In this document: positions 23,580 to 36,960 of the stretch, piece by piece
Layout: each line of letters opens with the position of its first letter
Position numbering within the stretch: position 1 is the first letter of the stretch
Source: Gnetum montanum
Lineage: Eukaryota > Plantae > Gnetophyta
Length of the DNA stretch: 64,000 bases
Assembly: GCA_015680685.1 (NCBI GenBank)
Contig: MNCI01002384.1
Coordinates: 860,493 to 924,492 of the forward strand
Direction of reading: 5' to 3'
Notes under the pieces: model-generated
Seen by the model: only the letters and a program-made list of their open reading frames with translations
Database searches by the model: none
Told to the model about the DNA's origin: nothing
Program-made: the position numbers and the translations under genes

Positions 23580-24495
23580 ATTCACTATTTGGGGATTTAC
23601 ATTTAGTTCTAAAATTTAAAAAGATACTGAAAGAATACAAAAAACATTTCTACACGATGAGTTAAAGGTGAAGATGGTAGTATGCCACTCAATGTTATTA
23701 TGTGAATATGATTTAGTATCATTAGAAGTAGAAACCTTGTGTCAATTCATTGCATACACTCATAGCTTAAACATATCAAGGCAAGATAAATTCTCTAAAG
23801 TAGTTCTTAAGAATTCACAAGATCATGGTTAGTATTTTTAGGGAATGTAATGGTCGAGAAAATGGAATGTTTTTAGGGAATATAGCAACCTCCTAAACAT
23901 AGTAGCCAATTAGTTAAGCACAAGGTTTTAGCATAGTTGTAGTTTAATGTAGTAGGCAAGAAACAATTTTATCTATATCATATTAGATCTAATAAACTAG
24001 ATCTGAAAGCTTACTATCTCTAATAGTTGTATCATCAACAAGCTTTTGCTTAAGTATGCATTATCTTAGAATTAAAAATAGAAGATGGATTCAACTCCCT
24101 CGAAAAGAGCATGCACGCAGGTTGTATATATTAGAAGTCCTTGAAGATGAGCTACATGTATTTCTTTTATGTGTTGTGTTTGTCCATTTGAGACAACAAA
24201 TAATGAATAGATTATTCAACTTTCTTTGAGAAGAGTGCATCTGTAGGTTGTGTAGGTTAGAAGCCCTTGAGGATGAGCTGCATATGTTTCTTTTATGTGC
24301 TATGACTACCCATTTGGAACAATGGTATGATAAATAAATTATCACTTAGAGGCTCAATGTTCATTTAGCTAAGGTCAAGAGCCCTTCAAGATGAGTTGCA
24401 TATGTTTCTTTTATGTATTATGATTGCCCATTTAAGACAATGGTATAATAAATAGATTATCACTTAGAGGCTCAATGCTCATTTAGCTAAGGCAA
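23580..24495 (+). mobile_element. 3' fragment of an RTEX-like LINE with a tandemly triplicated C-terminal zinc-finger segment
   Basis: YLGIYI (~23587). FCLSMHYLRIKNRRWIQLPRKEHARRLYILEVLEDELHVFLLC (~24045-24172). Repeat copy NFL*EECICRLCRLEALEDELHMFLLC (~24218-24298) and a third partial copy (~24378-24460). Same motif as 29318-29470 on the minus strand. Confidence 0.75.
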
Positions 24496-25684
24496 TATAT
24501 GTGGATGAGCAACAGTCTAACCCAAAATATTTTTTAACAATATTTATGACCCCCAATACATATTAGTCCAATTATAACTTCATGACTTATTATTGCCCAC
24601 TAAATTCAAACCCATAAATTATAGTTTCAAATCAAGAGTATCACCGCTAAGTTAACACCTCATTATTACATATAATCATTCTTTTAGATTCCAAGACACC
24701 TTTAAAATAAATGTAAAAGGCAACATTCTTTGTGACAAGCATGAAAAACAAGTTAGAACAAGTGATGCTTGCTATCACCTATCTTAACCCACTATGATAC
24801 CTTTTGTTATTTTTCATGTAAAGGGGGTGTTAAAACTTGAAATAATTGAAACATAAATACATCCCAAAATATATAGTCCAAATAGAACTTTATAACTCAA
24901 CATTGCCCATCTTAATCAAACCTATGACTTGAATCTTTCAATTCAAGAGTCTTACTAGTAGGTAAGACCTCATTGTTTATTTTTCACATAAAATTAGTTT
25001 ATGGATCGCAATAAATGTGCTGAAGTATTATATTCTGCATGTTAAGCCATTTACTTGTATAATGATCATTTCTTGTATCTATGGTTCAATTATACGGCTA
25101 TTTTATTCTATAAATTCTTTTTAATACATTAAACTTGTTATTTAGATGGATCATACTCACATGTCAGCCAATAAGTTGCATATTTGAGTTCCCTTGCAGG
25201 TTATGTATATAATTCACACCAGAAAAGTTAACCTCGGAAATTCTCTATATGTTTCGTAAGTGTCACTTCCAAAACAAAGAGAAGTTAGAAAATATGTTAA
25301 ATGATCCTGTATGATTGTTCCGATGGAAGTCAAGTTCCATACCCAAACGAAAACAAAGTTAAGAAAGTATTTATAATTTCACTTTACAAATCTTGTAATT
25401 CATCCATCCAGAGTTTACACTCAATGGAGTTAACACCACCGCAAAACGCAAATTGTCTTGTAGAATGATGAGGATCCCAAATGTAACTTCAAACAGGATT
25501 GACATTTGCGACCGTCACCTCTGGATATTTACCCTTTGTTTTCTCGTGTAAAAAAATAAATTCAGACATTTTTAAGAGGGTTTCGAATAACCTGCAATAG
25601 CATTCCATATGGGGAGTCATTCTATACAAAGAGTGAGACACACAACCTTTGCACCTTTCTGTGTATGTTACGAAAAGCGTCAAG

Positions 25685-26872
25685 TCAGACAACCTTGGAC
25701 ACATTTGCTTTCTCCCACATAATGTGCAACAGCTGATCTCTGCTATGCACAATTTCATCGAATAAACTCATCACAAGTCCATTCACAGATGCCAAATCTT
25801 CTTTAAAGTCTGACGACTTTTGTTTCAACAACTGAACCCCTTTTTCGAATTCTTCGCGGCTCTCCAAAATAATCCCAGAATCAGGGTCTTCATAATCAAC
25901 TGAAACAATTCCCACCCTTTCTCTTAAATCCGTGGTTATTGCAGACAAAGCATCCAATTCGCTGAGCAGTGAACCTGCTCCTTTGTTTACATTTTCCTGT
26001 GATCCTATTCTGTCATTGAACTGCACGCATAGCTGATTCAATGCCCTTGATAGCTTGGGTGGAACAGGCACACATCCTGTGCTTGAGCAAAGCTTCAAAG
26101 GAACAGGGTATATTATACTGGAAATCAAAAGCCAAGAAATCAAAGTGGTCAGAATTTTAACTGCAACCATAACTCCCCATAATCCATTCCTTAAAATGGA
26201 TTTGCTCTTCAAAGGCTTCTCATTTAGAGAAAAAGCAAAATTCTTTTCGTCAGCAAGATTTCTTGAGAAAAGAATTCTCCTTTTCTGTGCACCTAATCTT
26301 GTAGCGTTCTCCATGCAAGCATCTAAAATTTGCCCTAGCCTGCAGCTAAAAGGAGCATCATCATTTTGAAGATTATCCAGTTTGCTCAAAGCAAAATCAA
26401 CTAGCATCTGATAATGACGTAGCTCTGAAATTCCAGCCTTCAAAGCATTGCACATGTCCAGAAGTTTCACAGATTCGTCCATGTAACTGTTCATCCATCC
26501 CTCTTCGGATGAGAATAAAATGGGACAATCCTCTGTCCGAACGAGCCTAATGACATTACAGTGCATGGATTTCAACAAATTTATAGCTTCCTTTACCCAT
26601 CCAAGCGACACAAAATTCTCAGACAATGAATTTGCCAGGTTATTGAGGCCTTTTTCTAAATCGTCATAGAATTCCTCAAGATCTTTATTAAAAGATGCCT
26701 GGGGGTTGTCGCCCTTCAACTTCGAAGAACCTTGCCACGACGAGAAAACTTTCATGATTGAAGTCGGAAATTTGATTACGGAACCTCTCGGACTGATTAA
26801 TGACCAGCAAATGGAAACTTCATCATTATCCGCTTTACAGGAAAAGGTTTGTTTTAGACTCTGCTGGACCAT
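25685..26872 (-). CDS. BPS1-like: BYPASS1/ROH1-family (DUF793) protein, 395 aa, single coding exon
   Basis: Uninterrupted ORF. LEEFYDDLEKGLNNL..FVSLGWVKEAINLLKSMHCNVIRLV..WMNSYMDESVKLLDMCNALKAGISELRHYQMLVDFAL matches the BPS1/DUF793 signature (LSWM..AM..L...H..I..L; W.D.YLD.SVKLLDxCN). The ORF track starts at TTG 26881; the first ATG is at 26872, just downstream of a splice acceptor. Confidence 0.92.
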   Translation of the reverse strand: MVQQSLKQTFSCKADNDEVSICWSLISPRGSVIKFPTSIMKVFSSWQGSSKLKGDNPQASFNKDLEEFYDDLEKGLNNLANSLSENFVSLGWVKEAINLLKSMHCNVIRLVRTEDCPILFSSEEGWMNSYMDESVKLLDMCNALKAGISELRHYQMLVDFALSKLDNLQNDDAPFSCRLGQILDACMENATRLGAQKRRILFSRNLADEKNFAFSLNEKPLKSKSILRNGLWGVMVAVKILTTLISWLLISSIIYPVPLKLCSSTGCVPVPPKLSRALNQLCVQFNDRIGSQENVNKGAGSLLSELDALSAITTDLRERVGIVSVDYEDPDSGIILESREEFEKGVQLLKQKSSDFKEDLASVNGLVMSLFDEIVHSRDQLLHIMWEKANVSKVV

Positions 26873-26886
26873 GGGCGGCAAGTCCC

Positions 26887-27312
26887 CTGCAAATTACCAT
26901 AACTACCCAAGCAGAACACCTGCGTCCTTACGATCAACGTTGCAGAGGTTAATTAAATTCTTTCCATAAAATATGCAAAAGACACTTTTCATTATTTTTA
27001 TATTACATTCAATTCACTGCAATTTTAACGAAGAAAACATAATCAGTTTCAACAAAACATACATCAAGAGTGCTTACCCTTTCGTTAATCACTTTGTTTT
27101 TGCGGTTCGTGAGCAGACGCGCTGGACAGCTGGTAAAGTTTGAGCAGGAATCGGCCACAGTGATCACATTATGTTTAAACAGAAATTTTGGCTCATTATG
27201 CTCTGAAATTGACTGACTAACTTCGTTAGCATTCGACAGAGATGTCCACGTAAAAACACATTCAATCAATTTCACATTCAAATATAAGAAATGAAATAAA
27301 AAATCATCTTAC
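26887..27312 (-). other. Probable 5'-UTR intron of the BPS1-like gene
   Basis: Minus-strand donor CCT|GTAAGATG at 27312 and acceptor GGTAATTTGCAG| ending at 26887, about 15 nt upstream of the ATG. T-rich interior. Confidence 0.55.
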
Positions 27313-28525
27313 AGGAATCCTCCTCCTCTGCAGAGCCAAATCTTCTACACCCTAGAACAACAAACATTGTTCTCGGAAAACGTTACACATGGTGCATATG
27401 CTCTGCGTTCTCATTGCCTTAGATAGAAAGAGTTTCTTGGCCTCCCAAAGGACTGCAACGGAAACGAAAACATCGAAAATACAATCTGACGCAGGGCCTA
27501 ATCAGGAATCGTCTGACGATAAGCTGCTCTACAGTCAATTGCAATATGCCAGTTAATCCAACCGTTCTCACCAAACCTGATCCATGTATTTCCTGAGGCT
27601 TTCTATACTTTTCTTCAAGAAACGGCATCCAATTCTTAAAACGTAAGAATTTCTACCTTCTGTACACGAAGTGAATTGCACTCATTTTTCTAACACATTC
27701 TTTGGACCTAAGAAAATCCAATAGAATGCATCTACTTCGAGTCTATAAAGAACGCAGTTATTCATTTCTTTCCCAAGCAAGCTGCGACTTTGTCATTATA
27801 AATATAAATACTCTGTAGATTACCGATTCGAGGAAACGTATGTGTCATCTTAGACTCTGGATCCCTGATAGAGGTAGCTTAGGTGTCGTATTCTATAACA
27901 TCGATAACACGTACGTAATCGAAATTGCAGCTTTTTAAGGTAAACAAAGTTTGGGCACCTACTTCTTTCAAGGAAACTGGAAAACACGACTGTAGTGTTC
28001 CGCGATCCTCATCGACCTATCATTCATTGCCAGGGTTTGCCCTATTTACAAACAAAAATCTTGGAAAAGAAATCCGAGCTCCGAGGGAGAACTTCCTCTG
28101 CAAGTTTTGAGTCCGAATTTTAAAGATATCAAGGAGACTTATATGCGTCGAGTAACTGTTGAGCCTTACAAGGCCATGAAAAAATAAGAATTTCTGGTTT
28201 GGTGGATGCCGTTTGCCTACGTAGCCGTGATGTTCATGAACATTACCCTTACGAAACACTTAAAGCAAGGAAACTTCCAACGTCCTCGCTCAAGTCGACA
28301 ATTCCCTCCTTGCTCAGCCATCTATCAAGCACCATATGAATTTACAGCAATTTTCCACATGAAACTTTCTCTGAGCATGTAAATTTTTTTTATCCTATGA
28401 ACCCTCTCAGGGACTTTGAGCACTTCATAAACCTTTTCATTTTCATTTTCAAAAATTTGAATTTAATTAGAAGTTCTTTTTGCATGTATCAGATAGAACC
28501 AAATTCCAGAGTGCGCTTGAAATCT

Positions 28526-28610
28526 TTCTTAACATGAAATAAAGTATTTGATGGGGAATATTATTTTTTCTTAACATCAAATAAAGTATTTGATGGGAAA
28601 TATTATTTTT
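28526..28610. repeat. 42-bp tandem duplication upstream of the gene
   Basis: TTCTTAACAT(G/C)AAATAAAGTATTTGATGGG(G/A)AATATTATTTT present twice. Confidence 0.9.
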
Positions 28611-28844
28611 GGTTAAGAGGCGGATAGGTTAAAAGGCCCGATTGGCTAGACTTAGTTTTGGAAAATAAATATTATTATTCACATTTTGAATTACTTGTAT
28701 TGAGCCGGGCCAAGTTTTTGGGTGGGGAATTCTCTAATTAGTTTGATCTATAGTGCAGCAAATGTCCCTCCCCAAAGGAATGATCTAAAGATGGAAAATA
28801 CTAATGTCTCTCAGACTATATATAGACTATAAAGAATTTTGAAG

Positions 28845-31800
28845 TTTTCAATTTATTTTATGTGATGATTTATATGAATAGCTGTTATTTTATATTAGCT
28901 GATGATTTATATGAATCTTTGTTAACAGATATTACTTTACAAAACATATTTTTGCACATTATTGGATTTGTTGGCTTGAACAAGGGTTTTACACCAATGA
29001 TTTAGGCTATCCTTGAATGCTATGAAATTAATATTTTACATGCCCACTATTTTTCTAAATTTTTTTTCCTTGTTGAACTAGCAAATTCTAAATTAATGTT
29101 AATTACTTTCTCAACATTTTTTTTCACAATATTTGCCTTAGAATTATGGAAACCAAAAACCAGAAATTGGACATTTTTATTGCCAAGGATTTGTTAGATA
29201 GTTACAAATCCTCAACATATTTTTGAAGAAAGTTAAAAGCATCATTGATGTAATGCCCCAAGTAGATAGGCTGAATTTGAAAGAAAGTAATTAGTAAATT
29301 ATAATTAATAGTATAATTCAATCCAATGTTAGCCAAAGATGGGAAAAATAAAAAATATGTTCTTCATCTTCTATACTTTGTTTACATAGTTTGCAAATAC
29401 ACTCTTCTTTTGGTAAATTGGTCCAACAGCCTATCTCAATAAGGAGATGATGAGAGCTCATTCTCGTTATAGCAATTTGATTCTTTAAATGAATAGGAAC
29501 AACTAAGAATAAATACTTTTGAGTACTACGTAATAAACCTCCTTGAACTGAATGTAAATAAAAATGCATTTCCCTTGACGTATTCAACCAAACTTTAGCC
29601 AATAATTTTTCTTTTATAGGTTTATGAAAGAGCCCTTTATTTAAAGGAAGATCCTCTATTAAAATATTCTATGATTGAAACTATAATTTTCCTTAATGCA
29701 ACTATTTATTTTCTTGTGTAGCATTCATTATCTCCTTAGCATAATTAACTTCCTCCTTGTGACTTGACTTTTGAGTATAAGAAATAAATTAACAAAAGGC
29801 TTTAACTTCAAGAGGAAGCAAATCTACTTCTAAAAGTAAGATATTATAAGTATGCATTTTCACTTGAAATTCACATACAAGAAACTGTTTTGGAACATGC
29901 TCTAATTTTTTCCAAATATGTGTGGAAAGAGGTCATCCCCAAGAAACATACTTATGTAATAGTATAGGTTGGATGAGACTATGAAGAAGTTTCCTTTTGA
30001 TCTCCCATGAAAAAAATTGTTTCCCACTACAATTATTTCTTAAAGCAAATAAAGCTCACATGCCACTTGAAACCCTTTAAGAAATAAGGGTATTCCAACT
30101 ACAATTATTGGCAAATTCAACTCCTAAATATTTATAGTATTCACATATATCAAGTCATTTTTCTCTAAGGAAAAAACTGTAATTTCTATTTCTAGTCCCA
30201 CAAACTAGAATTTTTGTCTTATTAATATTAACTTTCATACTAGAATGGTTGTATTAGTTATGGAGAATTTGAAGCATATAATTTAATCCTATAGTTGATT
30301 TTGCAATCAAGGCCACATCATTTGCAAAGAGAAGCATGTTAAAAAATAATCCATTCACTAACATACCATGATTAGAGGCATTCTACATCCATTCCTTCAA
30401 TTCATTTATAAATATGCTAAAAAAGGGTAGAGAACAAAGGATAACCTTGTTTAACTCCAACCGAGCTATTGCTAATTGTTCCTTCTCCAATACAATAATC
30501 GTCAATAAGAATGTTAACCATCTCAGAGATTCTTTTAGTAGCACAAAAGAGATCTTGTGGAATTTTAATGTTATCCAATCTCTTCCAAAGTTTATCTTGA
30601 GCAATAGAATCATAAGCCTTGGAGAAGTTAACAAAATAGATAACATAACACAAAGTTATGTTATGGTTGGGCCTTTTTGCTTTCTCTACATAATAATGCA
30701 AAGTTATTAGATGTCTATACTAGAATAATTCCTCCTAAGGCCTAGTTGTGACTAAGCATGAAAACCTTACATTTCTGCCCATAAACTAATATTATTCTCT
30801 AAAATAGTACCCCAAAAGCTTAGTGAAAACTCATTAATTAAGATCTATCCTATCTCCTTTTTTGAAAAACAAGAGTTCTTGACTAGAACACCAAGAGCAA
30901 TTCAAACTATGTTGAAGCCCTTTATTAAGAATATTACAAGCTACTTTTTGTAGCAATGGACTACCCTATTTAAGAATCTTTACATATAATCCATTAACAT
31001 CAGCACCTTTCCAAGAAGATAATCTTTGAATTAATACAAAAATGTCATTAAGGGTCAACTCAAGAATACTAGAGTTATCTTATACAATTGGTAGAGCCTA
31101 TTGATTCAAAGGTCATTGAAAAAAGTATAAATAGTAGATAAGGAAAAATCCCAACCATGTTGTTTTCTGTCTCAAAATAAATTCCAAAAGCTCTATGGAT
31201 TTGAGTGAAGCTCACAAATCATTCTTTCTTGCTTTTCTTTATGAACATCCTCTGTTTAAAATGAGTAAGCTTTCTATAATTCTTTAGCATTGAAACATCA
31301 AAATGTAAAGCTATACCATCTTTACAAGCTATTAAACAGTCCACATCAAACCCAGGTTTTCTACAAGCAAGCCTCTTCTTCATCTACACCTCAGTAACTA
31401 TAGACAATAAAAAATTAGTCAAATCTACCTCATTATCATTGTTGATCAACATATTAGCTACTTTTTTAAAAAAATCCTAACAAAGGTCTTCTATGAGACA
31501 ATGAGTTTTGCACTTCTTGTAAAGAATATGATGAATTGATACAAGAATAATGAATTTTAGGTAATGATGAGGAAATTCTTAGAGTTTTTCTTCCACTTGA
31601 AATTTTTTCACTACATCTATATTATCATGAATAGACAAGAGAAGATCAATGCAAGAGTCACTTTAGTGCCTAGTAAAGGTGAAATGATAGGAGGAAGGAA
31701 ATTTGTTGATGTCATTAAGGATTAAAAAAATCAAAGAAATGACTCCACTCTAAGAAATGAATATCCCTCTCATTTGTACTATGATTAGCAAATGATCTTT

Positions 31801-33150
31801 TGTGAACTAAATAAAGCTCTTCATTGAAGATTAATTGATAATTCCAAAGAAGCCATTCAGTTTGACATTGTACAACACTAGCATTAAAATTCCCACAAAG
31901 AAAAACTTTACCAAGCCTAGGGAATTCTACAACATCTTGACCCAGGTACTAAAAAAGTAGCTCTTATGAAAGATCAGTAGAATTGTAGATAGAAGGATCC
32001 CTTGGAGCAAAATAACAAAAAGAAATATAAAGAACCTCTAAAATTCCTTGAACTTGAACCCAAAAATATTGGTTATTATCATCAACTATGTACACATTAA
32101 TGAAATGATTTCTAGACCTTTTAATTAAATAAGAAATATCACCAAAAGGTCTACCCCTCATCTTAGAATGCTTATTTCTAATAGAAATGATATGAACGCT
32201 TAGAATAGATACAGTCGAAGAATCTTCTTCTTCTCAAGTTTTAGCAAAAATAAACAATAGATCAAAATCACAAAAGAAATGACTAGTATCTAAAGCATCA
32301 ACTTTATTATCCAATGAACCTTCAACATTAAGGAAACCACATGTAATAGAAGAAAATTACTATTTTGGGGGAGTTTCCCTCTCTTTGATAACTACAACAT
32401 AATTATAGTTCAAGTAAGAAAATTTACCTTTAAGACAAGCTTGTTTAACTTTCTTCCATTCTTCCTGCTTTTTTGCATACTCATTTTTGGTTAGGTCTTC
32501 ATTAATCTATATGTTTTGTCCTTTCAAAATACTTCTATTATTCCAAACCTTATCTCTTCTATACCAATAAGCAAACTTAACAATAATCTGCCAAGGTTTA
32601 TCCCCCTTAGAACCAAGCCTATTTGCACTAATTATCAAGGTAGAATAAATGTGCATTTGTATCATAAAGAAATCTAGCATGGCCTGTAAAAGATCTTCAC
32701 CTTGTTCTTCAAGAATTCCCATAATTCAAAGATTTTGAGTTTTGTCACATTTTTATTCATCTTCACACATTTTTTTAGTAACTACTTCTAAGCCTAAGTG
32801 AGTAGTTATTATTTTTAACTCAAGAGCATCTAACTTTGACTACATAGTATCCATATTTGTCTAAGCTTGAGTTGCCTCAATATTTGATAATGAGTCTTTC
32901 AACTCTAAAGTGGTTGGAATGATTTGTATCTTTAGTATCATGACTTCAACCATGGATTCCAATTACACAATCTTGGATGCTATGGAGTTCAAAGTTGCAA
33001 CCATGTTATTCCATTCCTCTCACGAAATCATGAATCCTATCATTGAAACCCTATTTCATGTATTTCTTCAAACTACCTAAAATGGAATCCATTACTTTCT
33101 TGGCCTTGGTATACAAAATACCAAATCCCAAGTCACAGAAACACTAAAAG
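28845..33150 (-). mobile_element. Near full-length decayed LINE, RTEX-like (ORF1 plus APE-RT-zinc finger ORF2)
   Basis: ORF1 (~33110-32370): coiled coil, then GILEEQGEDLLQAMLDFF..SANRLGSKGDKPWQIIVKF..ILKGQNI*INEDLT (L1-ORF1p-like RRM/CTD). ORF2 APE: ITCGFLNVEG..AKT*..RGRPFGDISYLIK..FCYFAP. RT: FVNFSKAYDSI, GVKQGYPLFSTLFSIFINEL, LLFANDVALIA. C-terminus: RMSSHHLLIEIGCWTNLPKEECICKLCKQSIEDEEHIF. Confidence 0.85.
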
Positions 33151-35319
33151 CCTAAATTAGATCTGTGATCCACCAAATCACCAAAATTTCCAAATAATAA
33201 GTTATGAGTGTGTATATATTCCCACTAGACATCCACTAGTGCTTTTAAAGTGATACTATCTAGGCATAGAATAAGTTCACTCCAATATTACATCATCTTC
33301 AAATTCTAAATCTAGATATTATGAAAAGATAATTTATTTTCTAAAAAATAGGATAAGTAGGTATCTTTAATTATTCAAAAGAAAAGATTACAACTCAATT
33401 CCAAAACCCACAAATCATCCAAAACCTCTCAAAATACTCAAACAATGTTGTAGATCAAGAGGCTTTACAACCACACAATGATTATTCTCAATGCAATACA
33501 AAACCAATGGAAAATCTCTCCAATAACCTAAGATTGAGATTTAATTCAAAGAAGTAGAAAAGCTAAGAATACATAGGCCCATCCACACACATTGATCCTG
33601 AAGCTACAACCACACCTACACGAACTCGATGTGCTCTATTACAATCTTGCCAAGCTTTCCTTAACTTAAGAGCTCTTACCAAGACTTTTCTTCTCACTCT
33701 TTTTCTATCCACATATAAGCATAAGCCACCAAAAATTTATTTAAAAAAATAAAATAAGAAAAACTCTAGGAAACTTTTCTCAAGCTCTACTTGAATGTCC
33801 TCAGTTGTTTCTCATCCTTTCCTAGCTTCTTTCATTGCTTCCTGATTTGGAAACGTTAATTCTAGAATTTTCTCGATCATATGAGTCATCTTTGGTCTTC
33901 TTGGGTTATCTTCTAGAAAACAAAACTTTTAGGGAGGACATATCTTGTTTCTGAAATACATCTCCTCCATGGAAAAGACATCTATTTTTCTCACAATACA
34001 TCTTTCTCAAGATGTCTCCTCTGTTGGGAATATGTATTTCTTGAGATGTCTCCTCTACCAAACAAGACATCTTTTCAAAACCTAAGATATGTCTTGTTAG
34101 ACTAGTGTAAGAAAACCTCTTTTGATTCCCTTGTGCTTGTCCTACAAGTTTTTTTTTTTTTTTTTGGCAAGTTTTGTGCTTGGAGAAGACCTAGATGTGT
34201 ATGTCCAATTTTTATGTGTGTTTTTGTGTTAGATTTTTATTATTAAGATTCTTGGATGTTTTGGCATGCTTGAAGGTCTTTTTGGCTTATCTTGATGAAT
34301 TTAGGAGGTTCCAAGATCTATGGAGACTTGTTGGCAAGCATCCGGAGGCTCCTAGCATCAAAACAATCATTTTTTTTTGGCACTTTCAAGATAGACATCT
34401 CCCCAAAAAGATAGACATATTTGTAGAGACCTCTCCCCTAAAGTGTAGATGTCTCCAATCCATAGAAGATGTCTACCAAAACTAGTAGATGTCTCTCCCA
34501 AGAGTAGGGCTTTCATAGAAGACATCTCCTTAGAAAGATAGATGTCTCCTCAAAGACGTCTCCCCTAAAGTGTAGACATCTCTACTCCATAAAAGACATT
34601 TATCAAAAATAGTAGATGTCTCTTTTGAGAGCAGGGCTTTTACAAAAGACATCTACATGAAACAAGAGACATTTATGTTGGTGAAGAAGAAAAGCTTTAA
34701 CATGGCATTTCAATTGGAAAACATCCAAAAGACTCTAGATCCATGTGAGAAACATCTAGGGAGGAAAATTGAAAGCTTCCTAGGATTTTGCATCTTTATA
34801 ATTATGTATTCCTTCATCCATGAGAGAGGAGAAAATTTTGTATGCTAGGAGAACTAGGCAAGAGAGATTAGGTGATCACATTGGATGAGTGAAATAGGTG
34901 ATTGTAGCTCCAAGATTAGCCTGTGATGTGCTAATACATGTGTTCTATTCTCTTGTATCTCACTTGTGAGTTAATATCTCAATCTTGGGTTGTGGGAGAG
35001 AATTCTATTGGTTGTGTCTTACATTGAGAATAATCATTGTGTGATTGTAGAGCCTCATGCTATGTAATATCATTTAAGTATGATAGATTTTTGAGTGGTT
35101 ATGGGTTGTGTGAACCTTGATGTAATCTTCTGATAATTTTAATTGAAGTTAGCTAGTTTTCTTGTTTTCTAGAAAATAATTTTATCTTTTCATAATATCT
35201 AGATATAGTTCATTGAAGGTGATTTAATTGTGAGGTGAACTTGCTTAAGTGTTATTGATTTCAGAGCCTAGTTTTATTCTTGCTTGGATTTTGGTTGAGG
35301 ATTTTTTCAATTTAGATGA

Positions 35320-36960
35320 CACCCAAGAAGAAATAGGTGCAAGCTATGAATCAAAACATGGAGAGCATGAAGTCAACCTTTCAGATGATGATTGCTTGAT
35401 TGGATGAAATTAGTTGTAAGGTAGATAGAAAAGCTTTTCCTAGCCATATTCTGACACGTGGAGGTGAAAAGCATGCATGTTTAGATGAAGAATTTTCATA
35501 GATAGGTGGAGATGGAGTAGATGAAGAGGAAGGTCAATCTAGCTATGGAAGTGTAGGAAATCATTAGCCAAGGATTCCAATGGGTTGGAATCCTATTTCT
35601 CAAATAATAACTCCAAGGGCTTCAGTCATGCTCAATACTTCTTTAAACAAGCTTGATGATGAAGATGAGGCAAGGTTTGCTAGAGCATTCAAAAATGCTT
35701 CAAGACTTCCATATGTAGAGTTGAAAAATTTCAATAGTGTAGATGGAACCAATGCTTTTGCAAGTTGGCTGAAGGCACTTGAGAAGCATTTTCTATTGGA
35801 AGAGGTACCAAATAACTTGAGGGTAGCTATTTCTGAATCCATACTAGAAAGTATGGCTTCTACATGGTGGGAAAAGGAGTCTTAAGGTTATAAAATACGA
35901 AACATTCAACCTATCAGAGATTGGGATCTAATGAAATATATGTTGAAAAGGAAATTTGAACAGTCTTATTAGAGATAAGAAACCATTATAAAGTTGAAAT
36001 TCCTAAGGTAAGGTTTCAAGGATGTAAACAAATTCTATATCAAATTTTGTAATCTTTTCCATCAAGCTAAGGTAAACTAGGAGGAGTATGAGCAAGCTTC
36101 AATCTTTTTAGCAAGTCTCAAAATGGCATACTAGTAAGAGTTATCTTTTTATGAGCCATAAAAACTTGATGAGGCTTATGATTTGGCACTCAAAGCTAAG
36201 AAGAAATTAGGTGAATTCAAAAACAAGAGCAAACAAACTTCTAAGGATAAGGATCCAAATCCAAATCTAAAGACAAGGAGGAAAGCTAAGATAAGAAGAA
36301 TAAAGGAGATGATGAGAAGGATAAAACTAGGAAGGACCTAAGCAAGGGAGGTAAGGGTGAAGGTAGTAGCTCATCAAAATTTCAGTGCTTCAAGTGTGGA
36401 GAACATGGGCATAAGAAATGGGAATGTTCGCTTCACAAGGAAGTGAAGGGAAAAGATGTTCAAACCATAGAGGTGGAAAATACATCAAGCCAAGCTCTTT
36501 AGATAGGTAATCCTAATGCTCAAAAAATTGAGAATGTTTGCAAATTAAATTCATGTACATTCATGGGGAATGTGAACAGAGGAGAGCATCCTGATAGGAA
36601 ATTATTGTTTTGGATTGGAGCTAGTTGTTTGCTTAGTAGGGAATGTATTCATATTTTAATTGATGAGGGAGCCTAAGAAAATGTTATTTCTTCTTAGGTA
36701 GTTAATAAATTGGGTTTGGTAACTAATCCTCATCCAAGACCCTATAATGTACATTGGTTATCTAAAGATTTTTCCCAAGAGGTGAGGGAACAATGTACTT
36801 TGAAATTTAAAATTGGAATTTTTCATGATGTTGTGATGTGTGATGTGCTTAAAATAGATTTTCCTGATGTAATTCTTGGTAGACCTTGGAATTTTGACAA
36901 TAGTGATCAATTTGATGGAGCAAGAAATGTGTGAAGTGTTGTTAGACCTGATGGAGTCCA
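35320..36960 (+). pseudogene. gag-pr: CRM-type gag and aspartic protease (decayed)
   Basis: VELKNFNSVDGTNAFASWLKALEKHF..ASTWWE; knuckle CFKCGEHGHKKWEC (~36386-36428); protease ILIDEGA*ENVISS*VVNKLGLVTNPHPRPYNVHWL..CDVL..DVILGRPWNFD..DGARN (CRM-type PR signature). Confidence 0.88.

Noticed and set aside
24548-24980. Diverged ~120-bp direct repeat with ~310-bp spacing
   Set aside because: No TIR, TSD or coding signal visible; too degenerate to classify.
26055-26969. Plus-strand ORFs 26055-26369 and 26706-26969, and minus-strand ORF 25489-25758
   Set aside because: Antisense or alternative-frame shadows of the BPS1-like CDS with no recognisable motifs.
34390-34670. Short repeats with spacers, superficially CRISPR-like
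   Set aside because: 8-bp motif array inside an LTR, with irregular spacing and a 127-bp higher-order duplication. Eukaryotic context and no cas genes.
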